Assembly (NCBI GenBank): GCA_951804945.1
Contig: OX638151.1
Location: 81,654,001-81,718,000, forward strand
Source: Podarcis cretensis
Lineage: Eukaryota
DNA: 64,000 nt
Direction of reading: 5' to 3'
Shown here: in pieces, positions 24,470-38,200 of the stretch
How the letters are laid out: the number at the start of each line of letters is the position of its first letter
Position numbering within the stretch: the first letter of the stretch is position 1
The notes under the pieces: generated by a model
The model's input: only the letters and a program-made list of their open reading frames with translations
Told to the model about the DNA's origin: nothing
Databases searched by the model: none
Position numbers and translations under genes: made by a program

Positions 24470-25330
24470 CGCCCTGCAGCCACGGCGTTTCTGTTTTTAT
24501 CTAACACAAACCCGGCTTTTGAGGGACTTGGCGCAAAACCCCCGCGCAACTTCAGCCTACAGCGAAGGAGAGGAGGGAAATCCTATTTATCCCCGCGCGC
24601 AACGCTCGAAACTATGCCGAGAGTTGCTACGAAGGAAAGTCGCCGTGCATGCTGGGATGAGTAGTTTTTGTGCTTGTGTGTCTCTGCAAGAGGCGGGTGA
24701 AAAAAGCAAAGGCCGAGACCATCCCTCCTCCGCCTTGGTTTGTCGCTGGGAGATGACGCGGCGTATACACGGGGAAAACGAAAGTCGCTCTCCTTCCCCA
24801 CGTGTCGCGCAGCAGCAACAGCGGGTGGCGGAGGGCGCTAGCTGGTTGCCTTCGCGCGCGCACGCCCACCGCCCGTTACCTCGGTCCCGGGGCGAAGGGG
24901 AGCTGCTCCGGGAAGGCCGAGGCAATGGAGCACCTGCGTCTCAGCCTGGCGGCTCCGCTGCAGATGGTCGCGCAGAGGAACGAGAGGAGCAGCGGCGAGC
25001 TCAGCAGGTTCCTCGCCAAACAGGTGGGAGAGCAACAATAGCGGCGGCGGCGCCCTCTTCGCCCTCCGCAGTCGTGGGGGGAGGGCAGTGATGGACATCG
25101 AGCTGGGGGAGGGGGCAGCCAGGCAGCCTTTGCCTGGGGCTGGCCGTCCATCTTCGCTGGCTCGACCCCCCTCCCCCCCCCGCGCTGTTTCTTCAAAGTG
25201 CCTTGTGGGCGGAGGGGGTGGTCTGGCTGGAGAAGGAGAGGGAGCAGAGCTGGGTCTTGCCTTCTTTGTTTTCTCATGGTGGCGGGAGGTGGGGAGGAAA
25301 GGAGGCGAGAGTCCCCTCCATGAGCCTCCC
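24470..25330 (+). promoter_or_regulatory. MDN1 CpG-island promoter
   Basis: GC/CpG-rich around exon 1. ZNF143/SBS-like motif GCATGCTGGGATGAGTAGTTT at 24647-24667, canonical E-box CACGTG at 24799-24804, GCGCGCGCAC NRF1-like tract near 24855. Confidence 0.75.
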
Positions 25331-28300
25331 AGCGCTTTAAAAGCCCCAAGCAGAGTGGAGATGGTTTAAATTTGTAAAGAGAACCTCTGGATCGCCGAGG
25401 AGCTTCGTCTGTTTGTATTTCCTGTTGTTGTTTTTTATTTTTGTTTTTAAGAATATACTTTGGCACAATCCTATCTGTTTACTTAAACTGTTTGGTTTTT
25501 TTCCCAACTGCAAGGAAATGCTGCCTTGTTCAAATGTATATGGAAGATTTCTCACTTCGTTGCTGTAAAGTTGATACTTCTCTGCTTACAAATTTGCAAT
25601 ACTATACACACACGCCTCCACCATTGAGTCTGGGTAGTTGAAAAATACTGTTAGCCCCTCCTGTAAATAAATTCTTATACCACTGAAAGGAGTGTGTGTG
25701 CAGGGCCGAAACTAGGCTTTCTGTCACCAGGGCAAAGACCCAGTTCGGCACAAACCCCCTCAATACATTTGTTCATAAAGGTCATGACAAGTAGTTTGAA
25801 AGAGGCTGGAGAAGAGTTAGTTTCTCCAAATAGTAAAATTTTCTGTGTGTGTGTGTATCCGGCTTTCATTCAAACTCAAAAGAGTAATAGATCATTTGAG
25901 AAAATCTAAGAAGTATTATGACTGTATGATCAAAGGGAAGAGATACTGACACACACACACGCACCCCTTTGACTACAGCCCTGGTGTATGTTTGTTTATG
26001 TATGTACTTCTAGTCCCTTTCAATAAACTGCTAATCATGGAGAAATAAATTATTCTGGTAGTCTGCACAAACAAAAAGATTTAGGACTGATTCAGTCTGT
26101 TGCAAACGTTGTAAGCGGAAAGCACATTGATATGTGGCGAAATATGAAAGTCTTGTGTAGGTCCCCATGTGCTCAGATCACATATATGGTATACAATATT
26201 TGCATATCAAAATGAATGCATGTATTGTATGGTTCTGGAGCCTGAGACTGCTGGTGATTTTCACTATTTACTCCATCTTCAACAAAGTGCTTTTTGTGTA
26301 TTAAAAGAGAGACTAATGTTAGAAGGCCTGTGGATTACAAAGCTCTGTAAAGATGAGGGGTCATAATTCAATTTTAGTACAGCATTTTTGTTTCTCTTCA
26401 TACTAGCATTAACTCTTTAGTAAATTTGCTGTTGCTTAATTTGGAGCTTAATTTGGCTTGCTTTAAAATTAAACGCACTATTAATAAAAATTAAACGCAC
26501 TATTAATATAAGGGGGAGCTAATTTAACTAATATCTTGTTTGCAAGAAGAATAGTCAGTTCTATTCTCAATTTAAAACTTTATCCACATTCTGCAAATAA
26601 ATTTTTTTCAATGCTTTGCTGTACAATACTGAAATTCTTTGATAATCCTTTAATCTTCCTGCCACACCAGCGTGAGTCACCACACCCTTGAGAGAACCAC
26701 TGTGCTAGAATTTAGGTGGAAATCTAAGTTTAGGTAATTTTTAATTGACAAAATAGTAATATGCTAAAAGCAGTAACAAAACAGAGGTTGTGCTTGCAGC
26801 AAGAAATAGTTTAATTAGAAATATTCCCAACTGCTAAAATACTGTTCTTCCCCCCTAATCATACATTCATATGGGCCAAGATTTCAAGCTTTGTAGCAAA
26901 TTGGTTACAGCAACAACAAATTATTTTTACAGCTTGCTTAATCCATCTCTCATTGTTTTACTATAGCGCTTGAGCAAACATTTGGGCAAAGGTTATCTGC
27001 TCTCTTTGGACCACAGAGTGCTGTTCTTGTTTACAAGGGCCCCCTTGTTTTATGTAGCACTTTTTCTGAGTAGCTACATTCCCATCACTGTGATCCAAAT
27101 GTAGTTTGCAGTGTTGTTTCAGGAAAATTTATCTCATTGGGTACAAAACATTCCATCAGATTTGTACCAGAGTGTTTAAAGAGAACTGATTCATGTGCCC
27201 ATTGAAAAGTAGTTCATTAGAAATGATTTTACAAGGTTGGAATTTGTTTTGGGGGGTTTTTTGTCAAAAGATTCAAAGATTTTCAAGGAATGAAAGCAAA
27301 AGTTATCTCCATCTTTCCTAATTCTGTTATGTTACTCTTAGTAGGGCTATAAATTTCTTCCCTAACTACTGTCCTTGGGACTCTTTAGATTAAGCTGTCA
27401 TCGATCTTTAAGCACTCATTTTGTACAATACTTCGACTGGGGTGGGAAACCCATAACCCTCCAGATGTTGAGTCCCATTAGCTTCCGCCAGCATGGCCAG
27501 TGCTCAGGGATGATGGGAATTGGAGTCCACCTGGATCCCCATCCATGTTCTAAGGGTCTCTGTGTTGAATTTTTAAGAGCCCAGAGAGGCCCACTATATT
27601 TATAAGCCAAATTCCTATATTTGTAATCTTGAGTTAAAAAAATGAGGAGAGGGTTGTATTCCTTATACTTGGTTTATTGGAGTCAGAAGGTTGTTAGAGA
27701 CATGCAGTATTCTAGTTCACTGCCCCCTCCCCAATTCCAAGACAAATGGTGTTTGTAATTGTTCATGTGTATGACACAGTCTGATACCACCCTATAGTAA
27801 AGTCACATTGTGTTTTCTTTCTTTTTTAATTCATTTAGAAATGTAGCCTGTCTTGTCATGGTAATTCAGGGTGGGTTAGAAAAACACTTTAAACAAGGAA
27901 CAAGGAAGGGTGGAATTGGCAATTTGCTTTCCTTAAATGAGCTGTAAATTAACTTTGTGCACATTTTTGTTTATTTTTGCGTGATAGCATGCCTGGCAGT
28001 AACCATCAATTTAAAGGTCTGCAAGAAAAGTAACCTTAAGTTTTTAAGAGCTTATAAGAAGCAACTCATCAAATATGGCTGCCAGTCTCTCGTTTTAGTA
28101 AGGCTTGTATGGCAGTTCCAAGTCTCTCATGGTAGAATGAATAAAGGGGGAACAGGAGAAATGTTTATGTTACACTAAGTGTAAAGTACCTTTCCCTCCC
28201 ATTCTTGCTTTCCACATTCTTCTTCAGCTCTTCCTCCTAGCTTTATCCTATTTCTATGGAGGTTTGAAAAATCTTTTTCATCCCTTTTTGTTGTACTTCT

Positions 28301-29207
28301 AAGGCAGTTTTCTTCAACCTTGGATTCCCAGATACTGTTGGACTTCAACACCCATCATCCACAGCCAGCTTAGGCAATAATCTGGAATGATGGGAGTTGT
28401 AGTCCAACAATATCTGGGAATCCAAGGTTGAAGAATGTTGCTCTAAAGTTTCTTCTATACACAACTTGACTTGAACTGCAGTAGAATGTTTGGGGGGGGG
28501 GAGATCACTCTTTACTGAGCATCTCTTTGTTTTCAGATCTGGAGTCAGCAGGACCGTCAGTGCATCCTCAGTGCCTTAGCACAGTTACTGTTGGATAAAG
28601 AATGCACACTCCTCATTGGCCGTCAGTTTCGTCCAATCTTGCTCGATTTGATGGAAAGAAATGCAGAAATAATTAAATCCAGTGGCCAGATCAACCATGA
28701 TCTTCATGAGAGACTCTGTGTGGCAATGAGCAAACTTATTGGTGATCATCCAGATGTGATGCCGTAAGTCAGTAGATGTCTGGGATTAAGTTTTGCTTTC
28801 ATGGGAAATTGATTGGTGGAGAAGCTGAGGGTTGGTGCGCATGGTAGCCAAGCATGGTAGCCAGTTCAGATTAGATTTACATTCATACAGTCATGAGTAG
28901 TGAGCCCAATTTCCACGATCCATATCCCTTTTTGAGGTGTGCTGCAGGAATTTGCAATTGTATCACATGTTAAGGGTATCTGCTTGGCTAATTGTTTTAA
29001 ACCAAGGCCTTGTATTCTATTACATGCTCAATTCAGCAATTACTGAATTGCAACTAAAGCTGCTGTGAGGTGCACATTTACTTGGAAGCGAGCCATACTT
29101 TTGACTAAAAATGCATAGGATTGGACAATAAGGGTGATGAAACCCAAGCTTCAGTTTAGGGAAAAAAAGATTGAATGGCAGTTAGACCTGCATCTTCTTT
29201 AACATAA

Positions 29208-29243
<36 letters not shown>

Positions 29244-32200
29244 TTGCTTCAGTGAGAGAGTTTTAAGTGAAAGTTGCTCTTGACAGATGCCCATATTAGA
29301 TTAGAAATAAAACTTTTATCCAAGGAGTTTTGAGTAACATGCATACTGTTACTATCTTGCTACTAGTGAGATCAGAGCTGGGTCTACATCAAGTGTCTTC
29401 AGGCTATTGTTTGAGTGTCAAGTCCAGAATACTACTTCCAACCAGCTGTCCCTACACAGAGCTGGCAGCCTGACCTTAATCTCTGATAAACTAAGGAAGT
29501 GAAAAAAGTGGTGATGAATTTCAATTTCCCCATTATTTTTATTTTTATTAAAACAATTTGCTGAAAAGAAGACCATAACTTTTCTTAGGACTTTTTTTTG
29601 GGGGGGGGGGATTTCTTTCCAAGTTCAGAAAAGCATAGCAGTCTTATTTGTGTCAGGACTTTAATAGGTAAGCATCTGCTTCATCAGATGAGCTGAAACC
29701 TCGCTGTTCTAGCTACATTTACATTTGCTTTCAATATCTTCATTTCATGTAGATTTGCTTTGAGATACTTTAAGGATACTTCACCAGTGTTCCAAAGACT
29801 GTTTCTGGAGAGCTCAGATACAAATATGGTTCGATATGGGCGACGACGAATGAAGTTAAGGGATCTCATGGAGGCAGCCTACAAATTCCTCCAAAAAGAG
29901 CAGGCTGTATTCAGAGAGTTATGGGACTGGAGTGTGTGTGTCCCTTTACTGAGGAGTCATGATACTTTAGTTCGATGGTAAGTTTAATTTTCGTTTAATT
30001 TTATATGTCACTTTCAGTGAGTAGTGGGGACTATTTTATTTCTGTCTTACTAATACCTCATGGGGAAAGTAAGGTACAGCAATAAGGGCAGAGAATGACT
30101 TGGCCACATTTGAGTTGGATTTGAAACCTACAGTATGGTTACTGGACTACATTAGACCTCTTATTGACAAGAAGAGCAGTTTCTGGCAAGAGGTTGAGGC
30201 TAAAATTGCCGGAGTCAAATATGAATTGGTCATATTGGGTGTATTTTCTTAGAACCTACTCCTTAATTTTCAGGCCCAGGGGCTGACATTAACCCCACAC
30301 TAAATTGTGAGACCTACATCCAAGTTCTTTGTTTTTTGTCCTGTTCCATCACTCTTCTCTTACAAATGCAATAACCATAAGGCAGAATGAAAATGGTGGT
30401 AGTGCCATTGGTGTGGCCCACTTTAATTTGGCACATAGACCTGTGCATCAGTGGCCAAATCATTTATTGAAGACGATTGATCAAACAGAGACCATTTGAA
30501 GGGACAGGATAGCCTTTTGTTGTTTTTCTCTGAAAGGAACCTAGTTCTATAGACTTAAGATGTAACAGTACTTGAACTACCTTTGCTTCTTAGGTATACT
30601 GCCAGTTGTCTCGCACTGGTTACGTGCATGAATGATGAGCATCGGTTATCCTTCCTGAAGAAGATATTTAATCCAGAAGAGTTAATACATTTCAGACTTA
30701 AGTAAGTTTCCCCCCAAGATGTCTTTGTGTGTGTTTTTTCAGTTAATATTTTACATGGTAGATTTGTCTCCCATTTGTTCAAAACATTGAAAGATGCACA
30801 TTTTTGACTGATAGGCTACTGGAGGAATCACGGATGCAGAATGTTGAGTGTGCCCTTGTCCTGGCCAATCCAGGCGCAACCTTTTGGAACAAAGAAGAGG
30901 AGTTGCGGTACACTCAGGGAGAACTTGTATCTGCTGACCTCTCTGCAAAGGTTGTAGCAGTATGTGGTGTTCTGCTCCCTAGACAACAGCTTGGACCAGG
31001 AGAAAATGTAAGTAAAGGATGATACGTAAGTTAAATTCTTTGGCACTGATCCTGATCTACCTTTTGCCTACCCCAGCTCTAGGAGATTTCCCTCTGAAAA
31101 GAGAGGAATGCTGGGCCTTTGTTTCCCTCAAAATTTCTTCGTAGTGCTACTTTGATGCATTTAAGCATTGATTAAAATCCTGTCCTTCGGTTTTAAGGCA
31201 AAAACAAACATGTTTTGTGTAAAAGTTTCTGCAAAATAGTATCCTTCCCTTTATAGATGGAATACACTTTAAGAGCAAGCGCCTTTGAAATCTCCAGTCC
31301 CATTCCTGATCCATGCCACTGTGTGTGTGTTTTTCTCTCCCTTTTTGATATCCACAGGCTTGGATGTTAAGTAACATAGAAATCATGGCCTCATTTATCT
31401 GTATGAAGTATGCCAGGGGAAGGGGATAAGACAGTTTTTTCTATACAGCTCTCTTTGTTACCAAACAGTCTGCTTCAGAAGGATTCTGAGTGTTGGTAAA
31501 AATCACCTTGTACCTTTCTGACCAGTGAGAATCTCTGCTAGATCCTTAGGCAGAGATATCACTGTGATCTGACAATAGTGTTTAATACTTGGAGCAAAAT
31601 ACCTTACTTTCTGTCACTCCAGGTATGCAGCTGGCACTCCATGTATTCTGATGATTTAACATAGGGCAATTTCATACATAGAAACATATGAAGAACACAA
31701 CTTCAAACATAAGTGAAATTCTGAACATAAGTTGAATAAAATTATGCTCTAGAGACTTAATAGAAACAGCTATAGTCATACAAGATTGGTTCTCTACAAA
31801 GTAGAAAGATTAAAAAGTGTCGCTATTAGTCTTAATAATACTATAGGAAAAATGACCAGCTATGAGTTTCACAAAATAGCTTGTTTACTGAAGATTCCTT
31901 AGTGTGTGTGGTGCAATTGCCTGGATTGGGCCAGGCAATTGCACCACACATATTGTATAGGTATTTGAGATGAATCAGAATTTTGAGCATATGCTAAAGT
32001 AAGCTGAATCTTTGAAATAACAATAATAAAGTCATTAAACATGGTCATTGTCCCTCTTCTGGTTAAAACAGCAGCTTCAGAGGGGTCATTGGTCCGTATT
32101 TATCTCATCCCCCTGAAGCTGCTATTTGTTCCTGAAGGTACTATTGCAGTAAATGGCACCTTGGAGCAGGGTAAGTGGAACACTTGAGTTTGGTGGGAGG

Positions 32201-35200
32201 AAGAAAGTGCAAGGGTTTAAATCCCCCTTTAAAAAATGGGTGTGGAATGGGGACATGGATGTGTGTGGCTCTGGGATGCGTAAAAATGGTAGCTTAGCAA
32301 ATTTGTAACTTGTATTTCATGTTTCTCCATAATACTTGCACCCAATATTATCAGTTGAAAGCATTGTCTTCTCTTGTCTCAGCAGGAGACCATCCTGAAC
32401 CAATTTGTGTTGGTGAAATCTTCCTGCACAAATCTTCAAAATCTTGCTATGGCTATAGCTTCACAAAATGCAGTGTTACTTGAAGGACCAGTAGGTTGTG
32501 GCAAAACGTATCTTGTTGAATACTTGGCAGCTGTTACGGGAAGGATAAAACCACCTCACATTCTGAAAGTCCAGCTAGGAGATCAGACTGATAGTAAGGT
32601 AATGGAAAATGCATTTTAGTTTTCACTTGCAGTTGTTATTACAAAGTTAATTGCCTTGCAGAAACTGGCTGCGTTCAGTTGTAACGAAAAGCCAAAAACC
32701 ATGTCTTACTATGGAATTAGCAGTGTGCACACTTCAGAAATCCCTCCTGCTGCATTCCTCCCCTAGTAAAACACGAGCAAGACTATAGATTACTGGGATG
32801 CCTAAAGCAGCCACTATTGGGGCTTTGCTTTAGGTCATGGGTTGTTTGGTGAGGGATATCTCAGTGGCTCGAACACCACAGTAATCCAAACTCATGATTT
32901 TTGCTCCTGCTCATACTATGAGAAGGCACAGCAAGAATGATTTGGCAGTGCTTGTTCCCACTGAGCTTATCGTAGCTGCTGAAGCTATATCTGGCAATAT
33001 TTATATTTGGTAGCATACCTAGTATGGAAGAAAGCAAATAGAAATAGATACAAACCTCAGAAACCTTACTGTTCGGTAAATATTTGAAGACACTTTGTAA
33101 AGTTATATGGACATTATTTAAAAATCTTGCTTGCTTTTTCTTCTTTGTAGACCTTACTGGGCATGTATCGTTGTACAGATGTACCAGGGGAGTTTGTGTG
33201 GCAACCTGGGACCCTGACCCAAGCAGTCAGCAAAGGGCACTGGATACTCTTGGAGGATATTGATTATGCTCCTCTGGATGTGGTATGTAGCTGTGCTTTC
33301 TAGAGGAAGTCCATAAATACCTTGGGTGAGGCACAGGTATCTTTTTTGGAAGTCGTGTATTTTGTAACCAAAGCAAAGGAAACTTAAGGGCACTGGATAA
33401 AAGAAAGCAAAAGTTCTCCCCAAAAAGTTATCATGGTTCTCAATTCCCAGTATATTTTCTTCTTCGTGGGCAGTGATTTTGGGGACACTTGTTACAAACT
33501 ACTGAATGGACCCTGTCTGTATCTGCTATACACTGGTTCTCTTATACACCCACCTCCCACAATCTAGAACTGGAATGTATATGTAAAAGGCTGCTTATTG
33601 GGAATGAGATTTCTAACATTTCTTGTAACATATTTGGTTACCAGCAGAGGTGAAACACATTGTTTCATGCACTGTCTGCTGTTAAGTCTTTTTGGTTGTT
33701 GTCATTGATAAAAGGTGGGGCATCAAGATAGCCTCATGCATGAGAACATGGCATTACAATGAAGCTTCCTTAGATTTTTTATTTTTTTTCTACTGCTATA
33801 GCACCACATTCTATGTATGCCCTGCCCAAAAGCAATTTTGGGAAGGCTTCAATGAGTTAAGGTGAGAAAGTCCTGTTCTATGAGTGGGATTCTTTTTGTG
33901 GTGCTCTACATCCTGGTCATTGAAATTGTATTCTGTGGTTTTTTTTCTATTCCTTAGATTTCTGTATTGATTCCCCTTCTGGAAAACGGAGAACTGTTGA
34001 TTCCTGGGCGAAGTGACTGTATAAAAGTAGCTCCTGGGTTCCATCTTTTTGCAACGAGAAGGTAGATTGTGTAGCTTTGTTAACACAAGGAAAACTCTTA
34101 GCACACGAATCCTTTTGGCAGTGACTAGACAATAGTCATAAATATAGGAATGGGGGGGGGGGAATCCAGTTTTTAAATTGTGTGCATATATAAAGGTGAC
34201 ATGATTTTTGAATTATAAGTATGTGGGCACTCCTTTGCTATTTATTTTGCAATTTTCCATACTAAGAAATAGAAACTTATCTCCTGGAAAATGATAGCTA
34301 GGAGTGTGAGATTATTTTGAAACATAATACAACTCTTTCCCCTGGAATATAAGCGAAAACTAAGCTTGATAAGAGGAATTACCAAGCAGCCATAAGGAAG
34401 CCATCATCACTTGGCCTTAATCTGTAATATGCAGATAATATTGTCCTGTCTTTATGCTTATTGACATTATACATGTATGAAGTGCTTTGCACGTAGAACG
34501 TGCTTGTTGTCGTTTTGCTTAGCCTGCGGGATACAGCTGCCCTATAAGCAGTTACTTAGCATTTCATTATTTAAAGACTGTAAAGTGGAAGAATGACAAT
34601 TGGACAATTGTAGATGGTGAATTCATGTTTCTTGTATTGATGATGTTGGGACTTTGACTCCCTTATCTGGTTGTAGATCTGCAGTGAAGGAGCCTTACAG
34701 AACCCTTGAACTTACTCTGTTCTGCACTATAATACTTCTAATGCTTCGATTAACTTGTTCTTTGATTTTTAATCTAGACTCTTCAGTTATGGTGGTGGTT
34801 GGTACAAACAGCAAAACAGCCATGCTGCTCTTCTAGATAAATACTGGACAAAAATTAAGCTGAATAATATGCCTAAAGTTGAACTCAGAGAGGTAAATGG
34901 TATCAGAAAGAGAACGCTTTACTTTGTGAACTGATGTCAAAGAGTTTTCATTTAAAAACAAGTGAAAGTAGTCCTAATTTTTGTAGAAGAGGTTGAAACT
35001 GTGTCCATTCCCTTTTCCCCACATGGCTGTGAGGAGACGTTTAGAAGCATCTGTGTTTAGTTAACCATAGTTTCTTGTGTTGTCCGAGCCAAAAAACTGG
35101 GAGGGAGTTAGTCTCATTTACATCTCACCAAACCATAGTTTAGCATGATGTCCAAACACAATCCTTGACATGAAAGAAGTTTCTATCCATTCCATAATGG

Positions 35201-38200
35201 AATGCTTGTTGCTTTGTGCTTCTGCAAGAGAAACAGATTGACGTTGCTGGATTGACTTAACCCGACTGTCCAGCTATAACTTCATATGAAATCATCTTAA
35301 ATTGTTATTGCCATTTCCTCAGCGTAGTATAGCCTGCAGGTTTCCCATATGCATCTTGTTGGCCACAGTGAGAACAAAAAACCTGGACTAGATGGGCCAT
35401 TTGCCCAGTCCACCAGGTTCATCTTACTGACTGACATTTCTATCTAGCAAATAAAGCCTAAGATAATTTAAGAGCATTACTGTATTTTACAGTGTAATTG
35501 TCATGCAAAGAAATTTTCCTTTAAGAGAATTTCAAAGTAAAATTTGATGGTAGGCACTACCCCATGGGACCAGTCCAGGCAATTGTGCAGACTGTAAATG
35601 TATCAAATCTCTGGATTTTAAGACCATTGTCTGTCTAGACAAAACTCAATGAGTTATATAATCCTTGGAATACTGTAAAATATTTACTTTAGCTAATGTT
35701 ATTTTGCTTTTCAGATTCTTCAGAGGAGGTATCCTAAACTTGCTGTCGTAATTGATCGCTTGTTAGAGATTTATGTTGAGCTTACTGGTGATAAACATCT
35801 ATTGCAAAGCCATATCGCAGACGATGAGAACATAATGGAAGACGCATCACACTTAACCGAAAACAAAAAAAGCCTGAGCTTAGAAGGCAGAGAGTTATCT
35901 CTGAGGTATTTTAATATGCAATTAAGCTGATGGATATTTGAGTTTGGGGGAGGCAAATTATCTTTGGACTACTGCTCTCTAGTGTGTTGGAGGCCATTTG
36001 CTCTGTTCTTAATTGAAATTCCTAGTGAGAAGGCATTAATTGAATGAAAATGTGGTGAGTTGGCGCTTAAAAAAAAATAGCCATGCAATTAATGAAGCGA
36101 GACTAGCACTTTTAGCAGTGTGCAGCTGAGGAAAGTTAAATGAAGGACTACTGTTGAGCTGCTTCACATCACTTATTTTCTTGTGTTAGGGACTTGCTGA
36201 ATTGGTGCAACAGGATTGCTTACAACTTTGATAGTTCTTCTTCCTCTACTGCACTGAATATTTTTCATGAGGTACGTGTCAAACTGTTCCTTGTTTTTTA
36301 GAGTGATGTTGACCTATTCCTTAAAATGTAGAAACCAGGTTGCATTTGGAATATGAACAGGGGTCTGGTTCTGATGTTGGAAATTTTCCTTGAGGGTCGA
36401 TCTAAGTAGACCTGCTGCTTCACAATGGGGGATTCACAGGAATGGTTGCATAAATCACACTAGGGAGAGGCAGCTGTCGTTGGGGACATGCCAGGTCCCA
36501 CAGCTGTTACACCAGGAATTCCATTATGAAGAGAGCTGAAATGTCTGAATTGGCTCGTCCTCTTGTTTTCCTCGTGGAGACATACTAGCGATACATTGCA
36601 TGAAGCTCAGTTGTATATTTTGACTACAGTGAACTCAAGTATGGAAGAAAAGTAGAACCTCTGATTAAATATTAAATTAGCTTGAATTCTCTGTCTCTCC
36701 CTCTCTCCCTCCTACCACTCTACTTTGACAGGCGTTGGATTGTTTCACAGCTATGCTGTCCAAGCAAGGAAGTAGACTGAAGATGGCAGAAATCATTGGA
36801 AGCCAACTGAACATTTCCAAGCATAAGGTAGACATAAGGAAGAGTTCGCACACATACTGCATTGTGTAATAAATACCCCTTTTGTCAAGGAGGAAAAAAA
36901 TAGTTTCATGTCTCCTTCACTGCCAAGAAATAATTAAATGATCTAACTGGATAGTGTCAACTCTTGTTTTTCTTCTGAAAGAAGAGAGCCACATGTAACA
37001 TGGCTGAAATTGGGTGTAGGGATCATGCACATGCACATCGCCACTGGTGCAAGATTCCATTGCCTGATTTGAGGCAGCAGCTTCCCTCCTGCTGCAACCA
37101 TAGGCTTCACTAGGAAGCACCCAACCCTTTGGAGGGGAAAAGTGGCTGCAGGGGGGAGCAGCAGCAGCAGCAGGAGGAGGAGTGAAAGAGAAAGTTTGGT
37201 TGCATGAGCTGACTTCTGTTCATGTAACAACTGAATACAGCCCAAAGGCCTTGTTCTCACATCACCATAGTTAATAGTTCACTGTAACCATGGTGATCTT
37301 GGTCATTTGAATCCTGTCACTCACACTTGGAGGAAGCAAGTGTTACATTCAAATGAGGGATCATAGTTTGTTTTGTTCCCGGCAAATTACTGTAGCTAAG
37401 GTTGTTCTTGATTTGCTGATCATGGTTTGAAGCAAAGCAAATCATGGCCTCTGGTTTGGACATAATGCTAAGCAGGGACTGTGGTCTGTCTGCTCCCTGC
37501 TATCATGAGGGGGGGGGGAACATACAACCCAGAAAGGCACATTCACAATAAACTATTTACTATGCCTTACTGTGATGTGCAAACTGGACTTGTGTCTTAA
37601 CTTTCAGTTGTACAGTGGTACCTCGGGTTACATACACTTCAGGTTACAGACTCCGCTAACCCAGAAATAGTACCTCGGGTTAAGAACTTTGCTTCAGGAT
37701 GAGAACAGAAATCGTACTCAGGCGGCGCGGCGGCAGCAGGAGGCCCCATTAGCTAAAGTGGTGCTTCAGGATAAGAACAGTTTCAGGTTAAGAACAGACC
37801 TCCGGAACGAATTAAGTACTTAACCCGAGGTACCACTGTATTGCACAACTGCATATGGCAAAGGACTACATCATGTGTTTCTTTTTAGTAAGCTGAGTTC
37901 AGTATGTATGCTCTTTATTTATTTACTCTAGACTGAATACTACTGTCAACTTTACAAACCAGAAATTGCAATAAGGGAGCAAGAGGTCTCTGTGGGAAGA
38001 GTCCAGCTCTTACGGAAGCAAATTCATGCGCTTCTTGTGCAAAGGTATTGATGCGTTTGTTTGTTTGTTTGTTTGTTTGTTTGTTTATATTTTAAAATTA
38101 CTAAGGCACCCTTCAACCAGATGGCTTACAGGTTGATGTACAATAGTGCACTTTTTAAATGTGCTTGTAACTTTAAAATTCCGTGCCAGCATTTTTAATG

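Noticed and set aside
24407-25466. Overlapping ORFs of up to 196 aa around MDN1 exon 1, including an out-of-frame ATG near 24753
   Set aside because: CpG-island artefacts. Only 24925-25023 matches midasin, and the upstream ATG is probably 5' of the TSS.
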